From: Macrostomum lignano
Taxonomy: Eukaryota
Length of the DNA: 64,000 nt
Direction of reading: 5' to 3'
Assembly (NCBI GenBank): GCA_002269645.1
Contig: NIVC01002820.1
Span: 1-64,000 of the forward strand
The position numbers and the translations under genes are program-made. Every line of letters begins with the position of its first letter. Position 1 is the stretch's first letter. Under the pieces are notes generated by a model, which worked only from the letters and a program-made list of their open reading frames with translations, ran no database searches and was not told the DNA's origin. Shown here in pieces: positions 1-12,786 of this stretch.

Positions 1-214
1 TCTTAGTGTCTTAGTGCCTTAGTGTCTTAGTGTCTTAGTGTCTTAGTATCTTAGTGTCTCAGTATCTTAGTGTCTTAGTGTCTTAGTGTCTTAGTGTCTT
101 AGTGTCTCAGTGTCTTAGTGTCTTAGTGTCTTAGTGTCTTAGTGTCTTAGTGTCTTAGTGTCTTAGTGTCTTAGTGCCTTAGTGTTTTAGTGCCTTAGTG
201 CCTTAGGGTCTTAG

Positions 215-271
<57 letters not shown>
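1..271. repeat. (TCTTAGTG)n 8-bp array (1-211) followed by (GTCT)n microsatellite (about 212-271)
   Basis: Directly visible periodicity; the array runs off the window start. Confidence 0.95.
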
Positions 272-2944
272 GCCTGGCAAATCAGTTGAACCCTGAAATC
301 TCCAGAAATGCACCCACTGTACCATTGACGGCGAACGACGTGCAAGTTAATGCGGTAGCCTGAAGACGCCGCACATTTGTTACTCTTCCTGGCTGATTTT
401 ATGGCATTATTAATCAATGGAATACTCTTTAGAGTTAATTATGTAAAATTCATATCCACCCGGTTTTCAAGGGTCGGTATAATTGTGATTAGAGTTTGCA
501 ATACTAATAAATTTGAAAGGCTAGCTGTGTTAAGGCTATCCAATATTTAAAACCAACGTATAAAAATTTTATCTTTTCACCCATTTTTTAATTAGAAGGC
601 TAGCAGCCACGTGTTCATCATCACTTGTTTAGATAAATTGGCTATTAATAAAATAGCGGATATGGCATATTATCGTATAGTACACTCTTATATAGCATGT
701 AAGTGCGTTCAAGGTATAAATCTGCTTCATATGGGGACCCCTGTATAGGTCATGTAAGGTCATGTTTATGGCAGGCTGATGACCGCAACCCACGGCAAGA
801 TATTAAGCTCTCATTGGGTGTTTGTGTTGAATCGGCCCCAACCATATAATATAGCCATTTACTCGGCTTTAGATTCATATTTCTGATTCGGAGTAGCAAT
901 CTGATATATCAAAGTCGCCTCGGTTTACAGGTAGCTATAGGCGTAGGAACTCGGAGGCATGCAGAGAGGCAATTAAGCCCTCAAGTTTTAACGCGAGGGG
1001 GGGCCATGTGCCATCCCTTGATAAGAAAATCAAGCACATCTATTTACATAATGCATACCGGAAACTTCTATGTATTGATGTACGTGTATGTCTTATTGAC
1101 TTATTTTGCAAAGCCTGCCGCGCCCCCCCCCCAACACTTTCCAACATTCCCGACGCTGTGCACGTAAAATTAAAGTTTTTACACCAATGGTACAGCTTGA
1201 TGCCGTGCAAGCGAGAGCGTTTTAGCCAAACTAAACACGTCGGCCATGAACTTAGTGGTTATTTTTTTAAAGAAACTTCTAATCAAGCATGTAGTTAAGT
1301 GTGAGCACAATGTGATGTGAACTATCACGGTCATCCTAACTACTACATGTATTTTAAGATTGCTACTGTACCAGTAGGTTATGGTCATAATCCAAATTGA
1401 AATAGTATGTTTTAGTAAGATCATTAGCTCTAGCTAACCATCTTTCTTTGAAATAAATTTTTTATTAACGATTTTTTCGTTGAAAACAGCATGCAATTAC
1501 TCGTAAAAGTGCAATGCTAGGCCCTTAAGACTTTGAATAGGTCGAGGGCCAAGACCCCAGGATACAGCAGAGACTATGTAGGGACTGTAGACCACAGGAC
1601 TACTATAAACTACATAGAAAGGGCGCATTATACTTTGAGTTTAAGCCTAAACCAGTGTTTTCTGAGTTGATTTGTGGAATACAACCACTAATTACAATAG
1701 TTTACTTCTAAATCTAGGTCTAAGCCTGGCTATCTGAATGCTATATACATGTACACCTGTGGAAATTTTGTCTATACATGTTATGCTACCAAAGCAATTA
1801 AATCTCATTTATTTAAAGTTATACATGCAATTTGAACGTGATGGTCCTTTAAACTTATGGAAATAAAACGAAATAAAAAACACTCCGCTGGAGCAGTCAA
1901 GGTTAGAATAAAGTTGCTATTATTTAATTATGCATTTTTCAAGCCAATTGAGCCTAGAGCAAGCAATTTAATCCTTATTGGGAAAATCAAGCTAATGAAG
2001 ACTTACTTTTCATCGTCTATGGCCCTAAAGGGGGTCTATGGAGCAACCAATTTGAGAATTTTGGCACGCTATCATCCTTTCCACAGTTTTGCAAGCCTTA
2101 GACCATAGAAAATAACATATTTCATCAGACAAACATGGATATGGCAGACGAAGAATTTAGCGAGCAAGAGCAGTGACGAAAGTTTTGCTACAGCCCAAGA
2201 TGCAGTGGATGAGCAGAATCCTGCAGTGCGAGAACGCTATGGCAAGATAAGCAACGAAAACTACGACCTGATTGTCGCTGCCATCGAGAGAGATGATAGT
2301 GCGGAGCCGATGGATTGATCGGGTTTTATTTCAATCTGCATGTCCAACACTGTTTTGAGAGACACGATTTTTCTCGGCTTAACGAGCGCACTGAATGCCA
2401 TGGTTTTGCCTTTAGCAAAATTTTTGCAAAAAGCTGAATTTGCCACCGCCTTCGGGGTCCTACAAGGTGACACCTTAGATCCCCATTTCTAAGATCTTTA
2501 TTGACTGCGGCCGGCTAAGTTACGTAGATATAGGCGGGACTAAGCCAATATAGTGTCTAAACCATTCTAAACCATACTAGAAACCATCCCTGGTTTCTAG
2601 TCTAAACCAGGGACTAAACCAATATGGATTTCTGCAGTCTTTTCCCATTTACTCGTAGCTTGTAAACACTTAGCTTGTTTGGCCACTGATATCGAAAGGG
2701 CTATCCATGGCATAAATAGACATTAACTGTGACGATGGAAACTCCTATTTTGTATTTTTATACCCTTCTATTTAGGCAGACAAGAGCAATAACTTCAATA
2801 AGCCTGAACAGTAGTTTGTTAGTAACCTGTATATTTAATAGCAGTATAGTAGGGAGCGAGGTGGAATTAGATTAGTGCTATGTCCACAGTTTTCAAATGC
2901 AAGTACATGTAAGCCTAGATACGGCATACTTCTTTAATCAATTG

Positions 2945-3330
2945 CCGCCTGCGAATGTCCGGCTGGAAAACGTCCCGCAGGCAAACGTCGCTGGCAAACG
3001 TTGGCTGGCAAACGTCGGCTGGCAAACGTCGGCTGGCAAACGTCGGCTAGCAAACGTCGGCTGGCAAACGTTGGCTGGCAAACGTCGGCTGGCAAACGTC
3101 GGCTGGCAAACGTCGGCTGGCAAACGTCGGCTGGCAAAAGTCCCGCAGGCAAACGTCGGCTGGCAAACGTCCCGCAGGCAAACGTCGGCTGGCAAACGTC
3201 CCGCAGGCAAACGTCGGCTGGCAAACGTCCCGCAGGCAAACGTCGGCTGGCAAGCGTCCCGCTGGCAAACGTCCCGCAGGCAAACGTCGGCTGGCGATTA
3301 CATCGGCTGGCAAACATCGGCTGGCAAACC
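2945..3330. repeat. Minisatellite with 14-bp core GGCAAACGTCGGCT and variants
   Basis: Repeated GGCAAACGTCGGCT / GGCAAACGTCCCGCA units; explains the overlapping repetitive ORFs in 2897-3342. Confidence 0.92.
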
Positions 3331-3334
3331 CTGA

Positions 3335-3700
3335 CAGGCTGAAGGTCGCCGCGTATTTCTGCTCGGCACTTGAGACGGGCTGACCTACGGGCTGGAGGCT
3401 GTTTCCATAGCGGCCACTCGTGAGGCGAGCTTGGATCGAGGCCGGCCTACGCAATGCCCTTGGCATCCTGTTTCCCGAGCGCCTGAGCGATGCCGAGCGA
3501 TCTGGTGGCCCGGACCAGCGTGCCGCCCTAGCTGGGCCACATGCATCCTTGCTGAGGCGATGCCCAGATTGATCGGCCACTGCCTGTGCCCGCGCACGGT
3601 GCGCCGGCCCCCCCTCGCCGACTTGCTGGTAGCCCGCACTGTGGGAGACGCGGACTGTGGGGCCATGCAGGCTCTCTGCACCACCCTGACTGATTGACAC
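3335..3700 (+). mobile_element. Degenerate 3' fragment of an RTE-like non-LTR retrotransposon
   Basis: Frameshifted translation gives ..TYGLEAVS..LRNALGILFPERLS..RLIGHCL.., resembling the C-terminal LLYG.ETW / LR..L.I / RL.GH.R motifs of RTE-clade ORFs. Ends in CTGACTGATTGAC. An isolated GVLQGDTL RT-like motif lies at about 2455-2480. Confidence 0.45.
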
Positions 3701-5523
3701 TTTTCTTTCTGACTTGCAGGCGCTGGGTATAAGTATAGGCTGGACTCAGCTGTTTTCCACCAGCGGGTGCTTTGCTGACCCCAGCTGTGCCAGCGCCTAC
3801 AGCTATAATAATAATCGCCGCATGTCGATATGACACGCTGCCGATTGATTGTAACCAATTTAGTATACTTATTATATGTACATGCACGTGTAACTGAATC
3901 GGCTAACCCAGAGAGATAACCCAGAGACTACTAAAAACTACAGGGACGGGAAACTGGCCAAATCATGCAGAAAATAGTTGGTCGACGCTGGTTTCTTCTA
4001 GTAGTAGTGCTCCTAGAATGTTTCGTTGAACGTAGTTTTTTTCTCACCAACCTGTACAGAATTTATCACTCTACAAGATGCAAAACTTGAAGTCTGTAAT
4101 AACTAAACAACCCTGTAAAAAACTTAGCATTAAATATTAAACTTACACATACAATTAGGTATACTATTGAAATCAAGAGTATATAAGGAGAGTCTATGAG
4201 TACTAAGTTGCTAAACTACGAACAAACCAACGTGACGCGCACTCAGTTCCGGTTGAAACTGGTTTCGCCTCAATTAATGTGAAACAATCTGTTTGTTATA
4301 TGATAATAATGTGAAAGAGTTTTTATAACAAATATGACGATTATATTTGCAGCACGGTATAATTGTGGTAAGTAAATGGCTTAGCTACAGTAATTTTTTA
4401 GAAGAAAATACAATTTTTTTAATTTACTAAAATGTAGCGCGAATACAAAATGTAGGCGTTAATTTTAATGCACATAGGCCAATTTAATTGCTGCGTGATG
4501 AATTTTATCAAATTGAATATCAAAACGAATATCTAGCTATGGGGGAAACAGATACGTTGACATGGAGCCTCTTCACGGCAATCGATTCCAGAACCAGAAT
4601 CGGTTCGGATATCCAAGAAAAAAGCAGTATAACTATTTAACTTTGTTGAATGTTTGACTGCCTTAACAGCCTTACTTTGCACAATTTTCACTTTCTTCGT
4701 AATGATTGTCATTCAATAATATAAACTTTATAGCACGTATCTCCCTCTAGTTATGGAGACAAAAAGTTATACTTCACAAAATGGTTCTGGTTCTAGAACC
4801 AGAACAAGCAATATGAAGAGCCTCATGGATAGATGTTGTAGGCTTGAAATAGGCCTAATGCCCTATGGCTATTATAACCATGTTTTTCTTTAAAATTAGT
4901 TCAGTTAGGCCTAGCAAAGTTATTTTTGAAAATTAAATAAAATTAATTTGATAAATCTCATCACTTTCCAAGTTGTCTTAAAGTATAGAAAACACTAGGC
5001 CTAGACTAGGCCTAGTTATAGTAAGGCGTAGGGCTAACTTAACTTCTAATTTCTATACCATTGCTGGCATTGGCATCAGTCAGTGTTATTAAAATTGTGA
5101 TAGGCCTAAGGGCTATGTTTTTTGAGGTTAGCAATCCAGTTGCCAATGGCTAGGCCTAGGCCTATTTTCAGTTGCCTATTGCATTGGCAATGGTCAAATT
5201 CTTGAAGATGGATCTTTCCAAGGGCATAAGACCAATATGGCCACACACCAAGATGGCCACAACATTGAATCTCTTTGGCTCTGCTCTCTTTTTATCATTA
5301 ATTAATTAGCAACATAGTAGCCATTGTTATATTAATTATTATGTTTAATCAATCATATTCATAAATACTAATGTAATGCAATAATAGATTTGAAACTAAT
5401 TACCTATAATACAAAAACTTTATAATCTTTTTCAGTGTTTGCCAATTTATTCCCTATCATTACATCTATCAAATCTATCACTATCTGTTTATTAAGAAAC
5501 CATTTCTACTAGTAATGCTATAC

Positions 5524-5743
5524 AAAAATTAAGATAAATATACAACAAGGCAAGGTATTTATTTTGTCTTAGGCTACTTGCTTGGTGTAGGCCTAGTGAA
5601 TAAATATTATTCACTAGGGCCTACACCCAAGCAAGTAGCCTAACACAAAATAAATGTGTTATTGAATCACTAGGGCCTACACCAAGCAAGTAGCCTAACA
5701 CAAAATAAATACCTTGCCTTGTTGTATATTTATCTTAATTTTT
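5524..5743. repeat. Foldback palindrome with about 76-bp arms and a partly duplicated right arm
   Basis: 5524-5599 (AAAAATTAAGATAAATATACAACAAGGCAAGG...GGCCTAGTGA) is the near-perfect reverse complement of about 5668-5743; a partial right-arm copy lies at about 5610-5655. Confidence 0.85.
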
Positions 5744-6308
5744 ATATATATAGGTCAAGCTATAATAAAAGCTAAAGCCAAAGGAATGACTATAATATAG
5801 GGGCCTAATATAATACAATTCCAATATAGCATCTTTTTAGCATCTATTTCTCTAATTATTACCAATACAATAGGAAATAAGTGAAATATATAGACCTAGG
5901 CTTATTATTATCTATTTAGATACTTAAAGCTATGGCCATCTTGGTATATGGCCATCTTGGTCATGTGCCATTTCCAAGGCTGCATTTGAAAAGCAGAAAT
6001 TTGTTCTCTTAATTATAAGATTGCTATCTATGCTATAAACAATTAAAAACTAACAATTCCATGATATTTGTAGCCACATATTCTGGATTTTGAATTTCTG
6101 GAGACTTCATTATTTGGAGAACTCTTGATTTATTTGCATGCCAGTTTGCTTGATTATATAGACTGATTGTGTTGGGGGAGGGCAGGGTGAAAAATGTAGC
6201 TTAGAAAATCCTAACCAATCAAATTTTGCTGGTAGGGACAGGGTAGGCACTAAGTACTCTATTAGTTAGAGCTCATTATTTACACATTTGCAGCCAATTG
6301 GAAACAAA

Positions 6309-6949
6309 TAGTGTTTTGCCATAAGGAGGGTCCATGTACCATAGCTGTAGCCATAAGAAAAACTACAGCTTACTCCAATTCTCTGTAGTCCATAGCCATA
6401 GGGGCCTCAAAATTACCATATTCCCATAGTTCCCGTAGCCGTAGCTGTAGTTTTAACAAAAAGTCTAAAAAACAAAATATTTTGAATCAAGAAAATAACC
6501 CAGTGCTTAAACAACTGCAAATTAAATTAGAAAATAAAAGAAACACTTAGTTGTCTTTGTGAGATTATATTTCGTCCTTTTTAGAGCAACCATACTTAAT
6601 CATTATTGAAAGTACTAATGCTAAAGTTTTTCACATTAATAAAAATTAGAATTTGCCAGTGTTTATTTTACTTTTTTAGGTATATTTTATAAGTTTCTAG
6701 GTTGATAATACATTTTACTAAAAGTATATTTGTTTTACTCTACCTGTTTCTAATAGTTTTTCAATTTTTAACATTAATAACTATAGCTATGGGAATCTAC
6801 GGAATGTGACAGCAACTACCATATTTCTATAGCCATAGCCGTAAGAGCAGCTAGCTACTGTAGGCGTATCTGTAGCTGCCATAAGCACCTATTTCACCAT
6901 ATTTGCTGTAGGATCCTGTAGCCGTAGCTATGGCTACGGCAGAACACTA
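6309..6949. mobile_element. Non-autonomous hAT-type MITE, family A copy 1 (641 bp)
   Basis: TIRs TAGTGTTTTGCC / GGCAGAACACTA; perfect 8-bp TSD GAAACAAA (6301-6308, 6950-6957); homologous throughout to 52917-53542. Confidence 0.9.
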
Positions 6950-6959
6950 GAAACAAAAA

Positions 6960-7749
6960 GGCCCATTCCATATAAGATGGACATAATTGGAAAATAGAAA
7001 AAAGTCAATATTTTTGCTTGTCATTGCTTTATCAGCCATTTTTTTTACCAAATCTTTTTTGTATATAATGTAAACAATATAAGAATAAATAAATGATAAA
7101 ATGTTGGATTACTATGTTATCAATTGGCAAAAAGTTATTTTTGTAAAAATTGGACATTTTCTAAGCAAAAGACATCATTAAGTTTATGTACCTTTTAAAA
7201 ACAAATAGAAAGCTTTAGAAGGTTAAAACAAACTATATATAAAATTATAGTGCTTGCATCATCAGATAAAAACATTAGCAACCATATAATGCATTATATT
7301 TTTAATATATTAGTACTTCAGTTACTGAATTGACAGAAAAAATTATGTTATGACCATAATGTTACAACCATAAGGCTGCCTTTTCTTTTGTATTTTTGTT
7401 GCCTTTTTGAGTTTACTGGTATATATTCTAATAAAAGAGTATGACTTCTAAAGATGTTCTTAGTCAAATTTGAAAAAAAATATTGCAAAATATAAAAAAT
7501 GAAAAATGGTATAAGACTTTTACCTTTTAGTTTCTATATGTCAAAAATCCTGTTGTTACGACCATAAGTGCCATTCAAGGTTTAATAGCATCTATACTAA
7601 TGATGATATCTATATGAAACTTTATAAACATATTCTTGACAAAATAATCTTTCATTCAAAATATTGGTTTAGTATATTCTATTATTAGATTTCATTTTAT
7701 AAGTAAAAATAGTCTGTCATGTTACGACCATAATTATATGGAATGGCCC
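6960..7749. mobile_element. Non-autonomous TIR element, superfamily unassigned
   Basis: Ends GGCCCATTCCATATA / TATATGGAATGGCCC, flanked by AAAA on both sides; internal GTTAC(G/A)ACCATAA motifs; no ORF. Confidence 0.6.
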
Positions 7750-8989
7750 AAAATATATTTTGCAAGACTATACATAGGGGTGGGGGTTAATGCAGAGAGA
7801 ATGAAAGAGAATAAAATAGAAATGCACGTGAACTCAAATTGAGCATTCTTTTAACTATAGGGCTGTCCCAGAGGGGACATAGCGGGAAGGTGTGGGCGCC
7901 CATTCCGCTAATTGAGCATTCTTAGGCCTACATATTTAATTGTATGGCACTTTACACTTTTATTACATTTACAAAATCATTTTGTGAAATTATCAACTGG
8001 CACAAAAAATTGCTAGATTGGCCTTTAATGCCAAAAATCCAGTTGCTAATGATATTTTCAATTTCAAAAGGCTAAAAAACCCTAAAAGGCTAAAAAAAGC
8101 TAAGGGCTAAGGCTTTACTTTTGTTACAAAAAACAAATATCAAGTTGTAACTAGGGTAAATTATTGATCTCATTACTATTATTATCATATATTAGATATA
8201 AATTGTCATTTCACATGAGACAGGGGTTTTTTAATATTTAAATTTAATATTTGTACTTTAATAGTATAGCCTATTATACAGCTGATAGATTATGCAACAT
8301 ATAAGTAATACTAGTAGTTGGCCTTCTATTTTTACTTGTTTTAAGACAAGAGTAATGCAAAGCCAAAAATTAAAAAAATTATTTTAAAAGACTGATAGTC
8401 ACAGATTATAGTTACAATATTTTTGAAGATATACTAGGCCCCATTTTTTTACTTTTTTATCTGCTAATATTTATATAAAATTGTTTCTTTTATGAATTGG
8501 GTCATTTTGTCTAGCATGAAAATGTTTAGGTTTACAATGCAAAGCTAGGCCTATATGAAGAATTATAAGCATTCAAAACTCTAAATGATATAAATCCAAA
8601 TTTCAAGTCTAAGATCAACTTATAGTAAATACTAAGTTTAATAATTATTTTTTACAAAGTTAAGTCTTATATGCTTTGTAATAGACCTAAAAAAGAACAA
8701 TTAAATAAAAAATAATGGCTTCTTTAAGTAAAAGTAAAATACATTTATATTTAGCATTAAAATTAAAAAGTAAATAGATAGATATCGATGTTAAGCCCTA
8801 GAAATTAGGCCCAAAAAGGTCACAACAATAAAATAAAATTTTTGCTTGATTATATAAATTATAATATTTAGGGCAGTTAATTATAAAGTAAAAGTTAAAT
8901 ACTTTGTATTTTGAACACAAAGAAGTAGAAAGATATCAATTAAAGTTGGTATCATAAAATTAAAATAAACAACAAATTTTGAAACAAAA

Positions 8990-9160
8990 TGACCATCAGC
9001 AAAGTTTATGCCTTTGCTGTTTCAATTGTTTTAGAATTCATAAGCAGCTATGTAAAAAAATAGAACTAAAAGTTTGACACAGACTGCTTTTTAAAGCTTT
9101 GTTCTATCTATTATAGTTCAAAAGTTACAAGTGCTTAAAGTTCAAAAACATGATAGGACC
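8990..9160. repeat. Dispersed AT-rich repeat (insertion target of the Gypsy element), paralogous to about 53600-53760
   Basis: TTCAATTGTTTTAGAATTCAT...AAGTGCTTAAAGTTCAAAAAC is shared with the 53.6-kb copy. Confidence 0.75.
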
Positions 9161-9285
9161 TGTGGTGTTTGTATGGCCAAGCAATCTAAAGTTTCTCTTG
9201 GCAGTCGTGTGTATTTTAAAGAATAAAATACTCTATGGTATAAACATAGATAAATGAAATGAACAGTCAGTTTGGGGATACCACA
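9161..9285 (-). repeat. Gypsy 3' LTR (125 bp)
   Basis: Direct repeat of 20560-20684 with 7 substitutions; adjacent to the PPT. Confidence 0.95.
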
Positions 9286-9297
9286 TCCCTCCACCTT
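9286..9297 (-). promoter_or_regulatory. Polypurine tract (AAGGTGGAGGGA on - strand)
   Basis: Purine run immediately 5' of the 3' LTR on the element strand. Confidence 0.85.
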
Positions 9298-9678
9298 AAG
9301 TAAAATCAGTTCATTTTAGGGAAACAAATTGGCCTCCTCAGTACAGTCTGTGGTCGGAGTCCACTTCTACGCATTGTTCTTGGATCACGCTGGTCTTATT
9401 TTGGATGCGTCTTTCTTTTCTTGCTGACTGTCGCTCATTCCTCCTCCACCAGAAAATATTACCAGAGCCTTGTCAGATTCTGAGTCTGGGAATATCTTTC
9501 TGGCCTTGTTAACTTGGCACTTCTTGATTGTGCCACTTTTGTTCTCCAGGATCAGCAGTCCTCCAACTCGCTTCCTTATGTAGTATTGCTTTGTACCAAA
9601 AAAACTATCTTACTTGTTCCTTGCTTCCCTTTCAATCACTACTGTGTCACCTATTTTGATGTTGCAGTCACGAGCGTT

Positions 9679-12600
9679 CTAATTAGCATAGCTGGACATT
9701 TTTCTTTTGTAGTTGGCGTCTTTATCTTCTGCTTCATCAAAGAATATATTGTCTCGTCGTTCATTTGAGGAAGTTTTGTCCGCGCTCCATCGAAAGAAAA
9801 GGTTTGCTGGTGCTATGCCTGTTGCTCTCATTGGTGTTGTTCTGTAGGCATGCAAAAAGATTTGCAATTCCTCTTCAAAACTTGATCCATTCAAGATTCT
9901 GGATCTTCTGATGACTTTGTTCAATGTTTCATTGAATCTTTCCACCTCCCCATTTGCTGCTGGGTGAGGCGGAATTATCCATGAGTGAATGAAGCCTTGA
10001 CTGTTTAGGTATTTGTCAACAACTTTTGAACAGAAATTTGTTCCATTGTCTAAGACGAGTTCTTTCATTGATCCAAATAGTGAAATCACTTTCTTTAAAA
10101 TTCGCACTATGTTGCTCACTTCTGTGCGCTTCATGATGAACACTAGAGGAAATCTCGAGTGGTAGTCGATGAAAACTAGCAGGTTGCTATCATTCAAAAG
10201 TGGTCCTTTGAAGTCCATTGCCACTTTGTCCCACAGCTTATATGGAATTTCCATTGGCACAATTGGGATCCAACTTCCTTTTTTCGTTGTGTGGATGCAC
10301 ATATTGTATGTCTTGAAAAAGATCTCCACATCTTTGCTTATACCGGGCCAAAAAATGGTACTTCGCAGTCGTTCTTTGGCTTTGGAAATGCTTTGATGTC
10401 CTTCATGGGCAATTAACAGAGCTTTTTGTCGCAGACTCTTCAGCAAGACAATGCGGTCTTTGTACAGGAGAATTCCATTCTGCTCCGATAGTTTATTTCT
10501 TTCTGCAAACAGTTTGTTGTGCTTTTTCCATGTTCCTGATACTATTGATTCCAGTGCCTCGACAATCTTATCAGCAATCGCAGAATATTTTCAGATCTGC
10601 TCTAAGCTTAGAGCTGTGCTGACTGCACCTTCAAGTTTGCTGTTAATGAATGCGATGTTGCATCAATTGCAGAGTGTGTCGTTTGGTGTTTTTTCCGGTT
10701 GTCTCGACAAAATATCTGCCTTGTTGGTGTCACCTGGTTCATATTTTATCTTAAAGTTGAATGGCTGCAACCTCATTGCCCAACGTTCAATTCTTGGTGG
10801 TGGTTTTGAGTTTGATGCAAAACATCCAAGTAGTGGTTTATGATCTGTTATTACCGTAAATTCGGCTGCTCCTTTGAGAAAGGGAGAAAATTTCTTGCAT
10901 CCCTATTTAATTGCCAATGCTTCTCGCTCGATTTGACTGTATCGAGTCTCCATGTCTGTGAGAGTTCTACTGGCATAGCAAACTGGCTGTAGATTTCCAT
11001 CTTTCTGCCGCTGAACCAAGATCGCACCAAGACCGACAGGACTAGCGTCTACTCGCAGCTGTGTTTCTCGCACTGTGCCAAAGTACGCGAGCGTTTCCAT
11101 TGAGCTAATCGCTGCTTTGATGCTGTTGAAAGAAGTTTCTTGTTCTGGACCCCATTCCCAGGACTTTCCTTTCTTTGTGAGGTCATTCAGAGGCTTCGAC
11201 AAGGTTGCTAGGTTTGGTACGAATCGAGCAACAAATTGTGCTAGACCAAGAAACGATTTAACTTCACTTGGATTGCACGGTGGTTTGAACATTTGAATAG
11301 CTTTTGTTTTCTTCTCGTGGATGGTTATTCCCCTCTCGGTTAGAATAAATCCCATAAAAGTAGCTTTACTCATTCCAAATTTGCATTTTTCCTTTCCAAC
11401 GGTCATGCCGTTCTCCACGAGCCTTGCTAAGACCTGCTTTAGCCTGTTGTTGTGTTCCATGACGTCCTTTCCATACACAATTATATCATCCTGAATATTT
11501 AGTAGCCCTTGTAAACTAGCCAAAATTTTTGTCATCTAAGCTTGAAGATAGAATGATGAGTTGGCCCAACCCATCAGCAATCGTTTGTACCTGTATAGCG
11601 GTTGTACAGGGATTCCTGTTGAGAACGTTGTCAGATGTATAGATTCACTGTCCAGTTCAATTTGATGGGACATTTTCTTGCCATCAATGTAGCTGAAGCA
11701 GCTTGCTTCTCCCATATTGGTGAGCTGATCATCCAGAGATGGGATAGGAAATTGTAGCTTTTCCGTTGCCTCGTTGAAGTTTCGTAAGTCAACGGTCAGT
11801 CGTACCTTACCAGTCTTTCCTTTTGGGGCGACAACTAGCCGCGAAAGCCATGCACTGGGACCATCAACTTTCTCTATGATTCCTGAGTTTTCCTGCTCTT
11901 CCAGTTCTTGTAGGAGTGCTTCTCTGAGATGGGCAGCTACTCTTGTTATCGATTGTGATATCGGCGTGCTTCCTTCCTTTAGAGCAATGGTTACTTCTGG
12001 CTGCGTGGTCAATCTACCAACTCCCTGAAATACCTCCTGATGATCTTTCAGAATTCGTTCGATTTCTTCGTTCTTCTTCACAATCTGATTGATCATTATC
12101 TGCAGCAAATTCAAATCGATGCTGTCTTGACATCCGAGTATTGTCTCAGCGTTGATACCGCATGTTACAATAAATTTGATTCGCTTCATTGAGTCTCCAG
12201 CCATCACAACCAGTGTTGTCGTTCCCAAGACTTCCAGTGCCTTTTTCGACATGTAGGCACTTAGTCTCGGCTTTTCTGATCTGTTTAGGACGGTATCCTT
12301 TGTGATATGACGTGACTATAATATTGATATTATTTTAATTGCATATGCAGTTTGACGCGTTTTGTTTTATCTATGGACTAAATGAAGCTGCAAAACAGGC
12401 TTGGGTTAAAAGCCCGCTGTGAGAATGTGAAATAAAGGGAAATAAGAGCAAGACTAAGAACCTTGTAGCAGCGTAAACGTCTGCTAGGATATCAGCACTA
12501 ATAACTAACGTCTTAAGCATATTGAAGTAACCTGAGAAAACATAACACTTTGACTTCACTGACTCCCACGATTTCATACTTATCAAACTTGCTGAAGATC

Positions 12601-12786
12601 CGGAGTCAATGAGCACTGTACTCTCAATACCATTGATCTTCACTTTGGCTCTTGCGCCTGCTGAGTCATTCGATTCAGTCATAGCGACAGTATTGATTTC
12701 TTCACCATTCGATTCGTCGTTGCCATTTTGATCTTCCGGTTGCTCAGACATCTGAATATTTCTAGTTTTTATTCTGCTCCCTGTCT
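9679..12786 (-). pseudogene. Gypsy pol (aspartic protease, RT, RNase H, integrase) disrupted by stops and a solo LTR
   Basis: Protease LIDSGSS; RT VRLTVDLR and IQDDIIV; RNase H DASPVGLGA, YASRTL, EREALA and TDHKPL; integrase AHEGH, MDFKGP, LDNG, NGEVERFN. In-frame stops at 11536-11538 and 10903-10905 (EALAIK*G, TGG to TAG) plus others in about 10450-10900. Confidence 0.93.
12303..12547. mobile_element. Solo LTR (245 bp) of an unrelated family inside the Gypsy protease region
   Basis: TGATATG...CATAACA termini; 5-bp TSD CTTTG (12298-12302, 12548-12552); contains AATAAA. Removal restores the frame SWESVKSK-DTVLNRSEKPRLSAYMSKKALEVLG. Confidence 0.88.

Noticed and set aside
1-211. Possible telomeric repeat at the window start
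   Set aside because: The unit is TCTTAGTG, not TTAGGG or TTAGG, and it grades into a GTCT microsatellite like other internal arrays.
4561-4827. Possible MITE with CATGGAGCCTCTTCA / TGAAGAGCCTCATG ends
   Set aside because: The inverted ends are imperfect and I could not find a matching TSD.
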